Shown in pieces: positions 28,723-36,226 of a DNA stretch of 64,000 nucleotides. The translations under genes were made by a program, and so were the position numbers. Source of the DNA: an uncultured Candidatus Saccharibacteria bacterium (GTDB lineage Bacteria > Patescibacteriota > Saccharimonadia > Saccharimonadales > UBA10212); assembly GCA_964460855.1 (NCBI GenBank), contig CAYWQH010000004.1, positions 39,015-103,014 of the forward strand, written 5' to 3'. The notes under the pieces are model-generated. The model ran no database searches. It was not told the DNA's origin and saw only the letters and a list, made by a program, of their open reading frames with translations. The number at the start of each line of letters is the position of its first letter. Position 1 is the stretch's first letter.

Positions 28723-28894
28723 AAACAAAAACAAACAGAAAGGTACTTACCGATGCCCATCCCAGTCAAAGGCATGAGCCGCAGCTACAAAGTTCGCGTC
28801 AAAGTCCTGTAGTATAGTATTCCGAGCGGGTGCCGCCTGATACAAGCGGTGCCCCTCCCAAAACAAAAACAAAAAGAAAAGCAAAAACACACCT

Positions 28895-29242
28895 ATGACT
28901 TACTCAAGTTCTGTACTTATGAGCCGCCGCCAATACGCCAAGCGCAACCAAAACGTCGTTGCTTACCGCGAGAAAGAACGCGTTTTAGGGCCGGTCAGTA
29001 ATACGATTATGTTAATCGTATTAGCCTGTTTGATCGGCTTGCTGTATTTGACGCAGGTTACAAAAACCAATTCGTACGGCTATAAGATTGACGCCTTGCA
29101 GCGCCAACAACAACAGCTGCAGGACCAAAAGGATAACCTGGAAGTTTCGGCCGCCCGCCTGCAATCGCTGGACCGGGTCAAAAATAGTGGTGTTGCCAAG
29201 AACTTAACTCCGGCCACGCCCAGCCAGACCATCCAAAACTGA
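28895..29242 (+). CDS. FtsL-like single-pass division protein
   Basis: Assigned by position between rsmH and ftsI. One TM helix followed by a Gln/Leu-rich coiled coil. Confidence 0.6.
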   Translation: MTYSSSVLMSRRQYAKRNQNVVAYREKERVLGPVSNTIMLIVLACLIGLLYLTQVTKTNSYGYKIDALQRQQQQLQDQKDNLEVSAARLQSLDRVKNSGVAKNLTPATPSQTIQN

Positions 29243-29251
29243 TATTTAGAT

Positions 29252-31018
29252 ATGACAGATAAGCCGCCTGCCAAGGTAGCCCGCTACGGCGGAGCTAATA
29301 AGCGCGTCCAAGTTTGGTACGCGCTGCTTTTGCTTATCTCGGCAATTTTTATAGCCCGGCTGTTTTACCTGCAGGTTATCAAACACGACTATTACACCAA
29401 GCAGGCGCTGGCCGACCAGTTAAAACAATATTCCATTCCGGCCCGCCGGGGCGAAATCAAAGTCCACGATGGTTCCAACGTAGTGCCGATCGTTTTAAAC
29501 CAAAAATTATATACCTTGTTTGCCGACCCGACGTTTATTAAACAGCCAGATGATTATGCTACTAAACTGGCGGCTATCACCGGTGGTTATGCGCCGGATT
29601 ATGCTAGCGCCATGCGCTCTAAAGATACGCGTTACGTCGTGTTGGCTAAAAAGCTGCCGCCGGAACAGCAGCAAAAAATCGACGATCTAAAGCTAAAAGG
29701 CATTGGTACCCGCGAAACTACCTACCGTACTTACCCCCAAGGCGACCTAGCTGCCCAACTGCTGGGTTTTGTAGACGATGACCGCCAGGGACGTTACGGC
29801 CTGGAACAAGCCTTAAACGACGAGCTAAAGGGCAAAGACGGCCAGCTCAAAGCCATTACCGATGCCGGCGGCGTGCCGCTGGTAGCGAACCGCGATAATA
29901 TAGACATCCAGCCCCAGGATGGCAAAGATGTAACTCTTACGGTAGACGAGGTTATGCAGCGCCAGCTGGAAGACATCTTAAAACAAGGCCTGCAAAACGC
30001 TAAAAGCGATTCGGGCAGCGCCTTAATACTGGATCCAACCACCGGCGCCATAAAAGCCATGGCCAACTATCCAACTTATAACCCGTCCGAATTTTATAAA
30101 GTAAGCGACGCCAATACATTTAATGACTCGGCCGTAAGTTCGCCCCTGGAAGTCGGCTCAGTAATGAAGGTCTTTACAGCTGCCGCGGCCGTTAACCAGG
30201 GGGTGGTTAACCCATCCACGACATATTTTGACCCGGCCCAGTACACCGTTAATGGCTTTACAATCCATAACATTGAAGAAGACGGGGGCGGGGGACTGCG
30301 CTCAGTAACCGACATTTTAACTTATTCTTTAAATACCGGCGCCACCTGGCTGCTTATGCAAATGGGCGGCGGCGAGCTAAATGCCAAAGGCCGCACGGTT
30401 TGGCACGATTATTTAACTAACCACTACCAATTTGGCAAGCCAACCGGGGTAGAGCAGGGCAAAGACTCCGAGCCCGGCGGTACAATTCCGGACCCTAACG
30501 ACGGCTATGCGCTAAACTTGACTTTTGCCAATACCACTTTTGGCCAGGCTATGACGGCCACGCCGCTACAGCTGGGCGCGGCGCTATCTGGAGTAGTAAA
30601 CGGCGGCACTTACTACAAGCCGCACCTGGTAGAAAGTCTCGGTAACCAGCTTAAATACCCGGCGCCGCCGATTGTGCGTAAAGACGTCGTATCGGTCGCA
30701 GTCAGCCAGCAGGTCCAGCAGATGATGGAAGCCACCGTAAACCGCAATGTCGGCCCGCATGTGTTTCCGGCCAATTATATAGTAGGCGGTAAAACCGGTA
30801 CGGCCCAAATTGCCAAGCCGGGCGGGGGATATTACGATGACCAGTTTAACGGCACATATATCGGTTTTGTAGGCGGCAACCAGCCCCAGTACGTAATTGT
30901 CGTCAGGGTAAATAAGCCGCATATCAGGGGTTATGCCGGCCACGACGCCGCCCAGCCGATATTTGTCAGCCTCGCCCAGAACCTGATCAACAATTCGGAA
31001 GTAAATCCTAAAAATTAG
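29252..31018 (+). CDS. ftsI: Class B penicillin-binding protein / FtsI-type transpeptidase
   Basis: N-terminal TM helix, SxxK (SVMK), SxN (SLN) and KTG (GKTGTA). Confidence 0.9.
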   Translation: MTDKPPAKVARYGGANKRVQVWYALLLLISAIFIARLFYLQVIKHDYYTKQALADQLKQYSIPARRGEIKVHDGSNVVPIVLNQKLYTLFADPTFIKQPDDYATKLAAITGGYAPDYASAMRSKDTRYVVLAKKLPPEQQQKIDDLKLKGIGTRETTYRTYPQGDLAAQLLGFVDDDRQGRYGLEQALNDELKGKDGQLKAITDAGGVPLVANRDNIDIQPQDGKDVTLTVDEVMQRQLEDILKQGLQNAKSDSGSALILDPTTGAIKAMANYPTYNPSEFYKVSDANTFNDSAVSSPLEVGSVMKVFTAAAAVNQGVVNPSTTYFDPAQYTVNGFTIHNIEEDGGGGLRSVTDILTYSLNTGATWLLMQMGGGELNAKGRTVWHDYLTNHYQFGKPTGVEQGKDSEPGGTIPDPNDGYALNLTFANTTFGQAMTATPLQLGAALSGVVNGGTYYKPHLVESLGNQLKYPAPPIVRKDVVSVAVSQQVQQMMEATVNRNVGPHVFPANYIVGGKTGTAQIAKPGGGYYDDQFNGTYIGFVGGNQPQYVIVVRVNKPHIRGYAGHDAAQPIFVSLAQNLINNSEVNPKN

Positions 31019-31060
31019 CTTAAGCAGTGATATAATCTAAAAACAAAAGGAAATACCCAA

Positions 31061-32101
31061 ATGACATCCTTGCAAATCTCGGCCGACTCCGGCACTATCG
31101 TCCAAATCTTTCTGCTCAGCTTTTTAGGCTTCGCCGTCAGCATGGCGCTTACTCCGCTTTATACTACGGCAGCATATAAGTGGGAATGGTGGAAGAAACA
31201 ACGGACAACGGCTATCAGCGGCGAGAAAGCCAAAGTCTACCAAAAACTGCATGCCGCCAAACACCGCGGCAATATTCCTACGATGGCCGGAATGATATTC
31301 GTATTGGCAACTACACTAGTGACCGTAAGCGGAAATTTGAGCCGCAGCGAAACTTGGTTGCCACTGGCCGCCATGGTTGGGGCAGGGGCTATCGGTTTAA
31401 TTGATGACGTTATTAACATCAAAAGCCTGGGCGCCGGCATAGCCGGTATGCGGGCCAAGATGAAAACGCTGCTACTTGTTACAATTTCGATAATTGGCGG
31501 CTGGTGGTTTTACGCTAAACTCGATGTTACTACTATCCAGGTGCCTTTTTGGGGAACCTGGCACCTGGGGTGGCTGGTTATCCCACTGTTTGTTTTGGTG
31601 GTATATGCCACGGCTAACGCCGTTAATATCACCGACGGCCTGGACGGCCTGGCCGGCGGCCTTGCAGCTATCGCTTTTGGGGCTTACGCTGTAATTGCTA
31701 TTATCGAACAGCGTTACGGTGTTGCCGGTTTTTGTATGACGATAGTCGGGGCATTACTTAGCTACACCTGGTTTAATATTTTTCCGGCCCGGTTTTTTAT
31801 GGGCGATGTCGGTTCATTCGCGCTTGGAACAGCTTTAGGCGTTGTGGCCTTATTAACCGACACGGTATTTTTATTACCGGTTATCGGCCTGGTGTTCGTG
31901 GGCGAAACCGGATCGGTAATTATCCAAAACATCAGTAAGCGTTTCAGGGGTAAAAAGATTTGGCTGTCGACTCCCATCCACCATCATTTTGAAGCTATCG
32001 GCTGGCCGGAAACCAAAGTTACCATGCGTTTTTGGGTTATCGGGCAGGTTGCCGCGTTTATCGGCGTTATTTTGTTTATCTTAGGCCATAACGTTAATTA
32101 G
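31061..32101 (+). CDS. mraY: Phospho-N-acetylmuramoyl-pentapeptide transferase
   Basis: NAVNITDGLDGLAGG, about 10 TM helices, and HHHFE. Confidence 0.95.
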   Translation: MTSLQISADSGTIVQIFLLSFLGFAVSMALTPLYTTAAYKWEWWKKQRTTAISGEKAKVYQKLHAAKHRGNIPTMAGMIFVLATTLVTVSGNLSRSETWLPLAAMVGAGAIGLIDDVINIKSLGAGIAGMRAKMKTLLLVTISIIGGWWFYAKLDVTTIQVPFWGTWHLGWLVIPLFVLVVYATANAVNITDGLDGLAGGLAAIAFGAYAVIAIIEQRYGVAGFCMTIVGALLSYTWFNIFPARFFMGDVGSFALGTALGVVALLTDTVFLLPVIGLVFVGETGSVIIQNISKRFRGKKIWLSTPIHHHFEAIGWPETKVTMRFWVIGQVAAFIGVILFILGHNVN

Positions 32102-32110
32102 GCCGGACGC

Positions 32111-33391
32111 ATGCATTTAAGCGGCCGGGAAAGACGACCAGCGGCATTAGGCCGCGATAATGCCAGCGGTGAGCTGGCTATGCGCCGGCATAGGCCTGAT
32201 TATTGGATTATGATTATCGCCGCTATTTTGATGGCGATTGGCATAATCGTGGTGTATTCGATCAGCCCGGGGCTAGCGGCCAGCCGGGGAGTCAGCGAAG
32301 GCTATTATATCTCCAAGCAATTGATCGCCGTGGGGCTGGGAATTTTATCATTTTTCGCCGCCGCTTATATTCCAGTTAACTGGTGGAAGAAAGCCGGCCT
32401 GGTGCTTATCGTCGCGGCTATATTGGCTTCGATTGTAGCCATGGCAACGCCGCTTAACGACGTATACCGGGCCCACCGCTGGGTGCGCTTTAGCGGCCTG
32501 TCGTTTCAGGTAGCCGAGCTGATCAAGCTGGCATTACTGGTGTGGGCCGCCGGATTTTTAACAATGCGATGGCGGCAGGGCCAGCTGAACGATGCCAATG
32601 CCACCCAAAAACCGTTGTTGATACTGATATTGGTTGCGGGAGTAATCGTAGCAAAGCTACAAAGCGACTTAGGATCGATGGCGGTAATCGTGGCAATGCT
32701 GGTAGCTATGGGCTACGCCGTTGGCATACCCCTTAAAAGAGTGGCGCTGGTTTTCGGGGTAATACTAATTGGCGGTATTTTAGCCATATCAACCAGTTCT
32801 TACCGGCGCGAGCGCTTACTTACTTTTACGCATCCCGAAAAAGACTGCCAAGCAGCCGGCTACCAGGCCTGCCAGGCTTTGATTGCGGTAGGCTCGGGCG
32901 GTTTGGTTGGCAAAGGCCTGGGCCACGGCGTACAAGCTTACGGCTACCTGCCGGAGGCTAGCAATGACTCGATTTTTGCCGTCATGGCCGAAAAATTCGG
33001 CTTTTTTGGCTCTTCGATTATCGTTACGCTAATTGTTATACTGTTTGCCAGGATTAAAAGGGTTATCGAGCATACCTCAGACCAGTTCAGCAGGCTGCTG
33101 GCCGTAGGGGTGCTGGCCTGGCTGAGTACCCAGGCGATTATCAACATCGGGGCGATGATCGGGCTGCTGCCGCTAAAAGGGATAACTTTGCCGCTAATCA
33201 GTTACGGCGGCACCAGTTTATTATTCGTAACGGCTGCCCTGGGAATTGTTTACCAGGTTTCAAGGTATACTAGTTACAGTGTAATTGAGCCAGAAACTCT
33301 AGAATATGAAAACGAAAATAACGGCCGTGCTGTGCGGCGGGGGATCGGGCGGGCATATAACCCCAAACTTGTCAGTCGCCCACGAACTTAA
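32111..33391 (+). CDS. ftsW: SEDS-family peptidoglycan polymerase FtsW
   Basis: Ten-TM SEDS pattern (LQPSE-like FQVAELIKL, PEASNDSIFA, GITLPLISYGG). The start may be 32111 or 32180. The 3' end overlaps murG by 86 nt. Confidence 0.9.
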   Translation: MHLSGRERRPAALGRDNASGELAMRRHRPDYWIMIIAAILMAIGIIVVYSISPGLAASRGVSEGYYISKQLIAVGLGILSFFAAAYIPVNWWKKAGLVLIVAAILASIVAMATPLNDVYRAHRWVRFSGLSFQVAELIKLALLVWAAGFLTMRWRQGQLNDANATQKPLLILILVAGVIVAKLQSDLGSMAVIVAMLVAMGYAVGIPLKRVALVFGVILIGGILAISTSSYRRERLLTFTHPEKDCQAAGYQACQALIAVGSGGLVGKGLGHGVQAYGYLPEASNDSIFAVMAEKFGFFGSSIIVTLIVILFARIKRVIEHTSDQFSRLLAVGVLAWLSTQAIINIGAMIGLLPLKGITLPLISYGGTSLLFVTAALGIVYQVSRYTSYSVIEPETLEYENENNGRAVRRGIGRAYNPKLVSRPRT

Positions 33392-34493
33392 ACAGCTGGC
33401 CCCGGATTGCGAAATTATATATATCGGCGACAAAGGCGATAAATTCGGCGATTTAACTAAAAATAACCGGGATATCGACCAGTTAAAACTGATTAGAGCC
33501 GGAAAACTGCGGCGCTACCACGGGGAAACCATGTGGCAGCACATAAGCGATTGGCGGACACTACTACTTAATTTCCGCGATGCTTTTTACGTGCTAGCAG
33601 GCACGTTGCAAAGCTTCAGGCTGCTGGGCCGGGTTAAACCGGACGTAGTTTTTATAAAAGGCGGATATGTTGGCTTGCCGGTAGGAATGGCGGCGCGGTT
33701 GCGGCGAGTGCCTATAATTACCCACGACTCCGACGCTATTCAGGGGTTAACCACTAAAATCGTCGGCCGCTGGGCGGTGATCCATGCCACTGGCATGCCG
33801 GCCAGCTATTATGCTTACCCCAAAGACAAAGTAGTGTTTACCGGCATACCAATTGCCAAACAGTACCAGCTGGTCAGCCCTGACGCCCAAAAGGCTGCCA
33901 AAAAACTAGCCGGCGTAAAATCCGACGAGCAGTTGCTGCTAATATCCGGCGGCGGCCTGGGTTCGCAGCGGGTCAACTACCATATGCTGGCCGTCGTGCC
34001 CCAGTTGCTGGCCGGCAACGCCAAGCTGCATATTATCCACCTGGCCGGCCGCGACCACGAAGCGGCGCTTAAGCAGCAGTATGAAGCGGCGGTAGATAAG
34101 GCCAGCCAAAAGCGCCTAACTGTACTAGGCTTTACCGATAAGCTGTACGATTACAGCGCGGCGGCCGATTTAATAATCGCCAGGGCGGGGGCCACTACCA
34201 TGGCCGAATTCGCCGCCCAGGGCAAGGCCTGCGTTATTATACCCAACCCCTTATTAACCGGCGGCCACCAGCTGCAAAACGCCAAAGCTTGGGCCGATAA
34301 AGGGGCAGTGGCGGTATTTTACGAAAACCAAAACAGCCAGCAGCTGATTACGGAAATCGACCATTTGCTGGACAGTAAGCAGGAGCGCCAGAAGTTGGCT
34401 TCCAACTTGGCAAAATTCGCCAAAACCGATGCTGCCAAACAGATTGCCGAACTCATTATTAAAACCGCCGGAAATGTCGCTGCTAAAGCGTAA
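33306..34493 (+). CDS. murG: UDP-GlcNAc:lipid I GlcNAc transferase MurG
   Basis: N-terminal GGGSGGHITP loop and a C-terminal GT28 domain (ARAGATTMAEF). Confidence 0.92.
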   Translation: MKTKITAVLCGGGSGGHITPNLSVAHELKQLAPDCEIIYIGDKGDKFGDLTKNNRDIDQLKLIRAGKLRRYHGETMWQHISDWRTLLLNFRDAFYVLAGTLQSFRLLGRVKPDVVFIKGGYVGLPVGMAARLRRVPIITHDSDAIQGLTTKIVGRWAVIHATGMPASYYAYPKDKVVFTGIPIAKQYQLVSPDAQKAAKKLAGVKSDEQLLLISGGGLGSQRVNYHMLAVVPQLLAGNAKLHIIHLAGRDHEAALKQQYEAAVDKASQKRLTVLGFTDKLYDYSAAADLIIARAGATTMAEFAAQGKACVIIPNPLLTGGHQLQNAKAWADKGAVAVFYENQNSQQLITEIDHLLDSKQERQKLASNLAKFAKTDAAKQIAELIIKTAGNVAAKA

Positions 34494-35355
34494 TAAGGGC
34501 AGGGAAACGCCGCCAGCCGGACGCCGTCCGGTTAACAGCCAACCGGATAAATCTGCCGGCTATACCCAATATTACCGGGCCCAGCGCCGGGCAGAGGACC
34601 CCGATGCTGCAAAGAAACCTAAAAGCCGGTGGGTTAGGCGGACGGGTAATATAATACTGTTGGCCGGCGGAATGTATTTGCTATGGCAATGCCTAACCCT
34701 GTCGCCCCATGCTTATGTTAAAACTTCCAGCGAACAGTTTCACAGCAAACAGCAGTACCAGCAAGCCGCCTCCAAGCTATTGACAGGCTGGCAGGCTAAA
34801 AGCAAGCTTACGGTTGATACCAACAAACTAGTAAACGACTTTCAGGGACAGTTCCCGGAAGCTGAAAGCGCCCAGCTGAGTTTGCCATTGTTCGGCAAGC
34901 GGCCAACACTGGATATTCAGGTAGCCGTACCGGCCTTGCGGCTGCAATCGGGCTTATCCCAATACATTATCGATAATGAGGGCAAAGTGATTTCCGGTGA
35001 TGCCAGCGACGCCCAATTTTCGGCGGTACCGCTGGTAAAAGACACCACGAACTTCCAGCCGCAAATCGGAAAAACGGCGCTGACAGGGAAGGAAGTAGCA
35101 TTTATTACAACATTATTGCAACAGGCTAAGTTAAAGAACTTCAGTGTTGATTCTATGGAGCTGGTAGACCAGGCCGAGGAACTACATGTACGGACCAGCG
35201 ACCAGCCAGGGTATTACGTAAAATTCTTTATGGGCGGGGACGCCCTGCAATCGATAGGGGATTATCTTGCGGTTAAGCAGCGGCTGCACGACGATAACAT
35301 CCAGCCGCATGAATATATAGATGCCCGGGTGCCCGAAAAGGTCTATTACAAATAA
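34474..35355 (+). CDS. FtsQ-like (POTRA-type) division protein
   Basis: Assigned by position after murG. Basic cytoplasmic N-terminus, one TM helix and an extracytoplasmic domain. ATG 34474 is preferred over track start 34429. Confidence 0.6.
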   Translation: MSLLKRNKGRETPPAGRRPVNSQPDKSAGYTQYYRAQRRAEDPDAAKKPKSRWVRRTGNIILLAGGMYLLWQCLTLSPHAYVKTSSEQFHSKQQYQQAASKLLTGWQAKSKLTVDTNKLVNDFQGQFPEAESAQLSLPLFGKRPTLDIQVAVPALRLQSGLSQYIIDNEGKVISGDASDAQFSAVPLVKDTTNFQPQIGKTALTGKEVAFITTLLQQAKLKNFSVDSMELVDQAEELHVRTSDQPGYYVKFFMGGDALQSIGDYLAVKQRLHDDNIQPHEYIDARVPEKVYYK

Positions 35356-35532
35356 AACCCCCTCGCTCTTGCCCGTGTTCGAAATTTGTTCTTTTTAATT
35401 TTTAACATTTGGCGGGCTAGGCAAAAACATATTAGCCTGCTCATGACGTAAAATGTCAAATTACCGTTGTGGGCAGGGCAAAAATAAAAAAATATATTCG
35501 GGAAGCATAGCAATCAAAAGTCAAATATAAAC

Positions 35533-35541
35533 TGTGGATAA
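35533..35541 (+). promoter_or_regulatory. Perfect DnaA-box 9-mer (TGTGGATAA) in the ftsQ-distal gene-free zone
   Basis: Exact 9-mer, in the same 13-mer context as at 26970-26982. Confidence 0.3.
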
Positions 35542-35943
35542 CTAGGTGGCCGGGATAATTCTCAGGCAAGCAATTGGAATAGCATAAGCAATTGAAAAAC
35601 ACATGGTATAAACAGCACGGCACGGTACTAATATAAGCCGCGCAGTGTCATTCGGGTTAATGCTTACCCTGCCGGGATGTATTGGTATTCATCTTTAACT
35701 CCAATAAACGAGTCGCAAAATATGCATTGTACGACGTATTGGCTATGGACGGATTTGGATGTTCCCTCACTGCCGCCGCCCGGATTTTTACGCCCCGCGC
35801 TTTTAAATTTTTTTATAATTCCGCCCTGTCCGCCCGCTGCCCGGTTTTGGCATTATTAAGGCTCTGTCATTCATGCCTTTCCGGCTGCTATTAATGTTCG
35901 AAAAATGTTCTATAAAAATCGAACATTTAAAACTAGAACAAAA

Positions 35944-36174
35944 TTAGAACTTTTCGATTGGCAGGACTACACCCTGCTGCTTGGAGCTATTGGTGTTTAT
36001 TTGCGGAACGTTTTGTGTGGTAACGGTTTTCTTAAAAAATAAGCTGCCTGTGCCGCTAAAACCAGCTAAGGCTACGCCAATACAAACGCCTATAACAATC
36101 AGGCTGACGTAATCTATCCAGCGCTGCCATTTAGGCGGGTCTAAAATCCGGTAATACACCTGCTCGTTTTCCAT
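35944..36174 (-). CDS. Small single-TM protein
   Basis: 76 aa with one hydrophobic helix (IDYVSLIVIGVCIGVALAGF). Lies 52 nt downstream of the ATPase gene on the same strand. Confidence 0.45.
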   Translation of the reverse strand: MENEQVYYRILDPPKWQRWIDYVSLIVIGVCIGVALAGFSGTGSLFFKKTVTTQNVPQINTNSSKQQGVVLPIEKF

Positions 36175-36226
36175 AACGGCAAATATAATACCACAAACTA
36201 GTAATTAAGTCAATTGCTTAAGCGTT

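Noticed and set aside
27747-28893. A/C-tract repeats as a CRISPR array or minisatellite
   Set aside because: The units are 5-6 nt, irregular and without spacers, and no cas genes are present. They are treated as low-complexity leader tracts instead.
35436-35463. dif (XerCD) site candidate AGCCTGCTCATGACGTAAAATGTCAAAT
   Set aside because: The right arm matches TTATGTTAAAT at only 8 of 11 positions. The left arm matches at about 4 of 11. The inner ATAA/TTAT palindrome is missing, so this is not convincing.
35677-35894. Two overlapping plus-strand ORFs (60 and 70 aa) in the convergence zone
   Set aside because: One has a non-ATG start, neither has an SD, and they occupy two overlapping frames. 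Their Cys/Pro/Leu-rich sequences derive from C-rich blocks.
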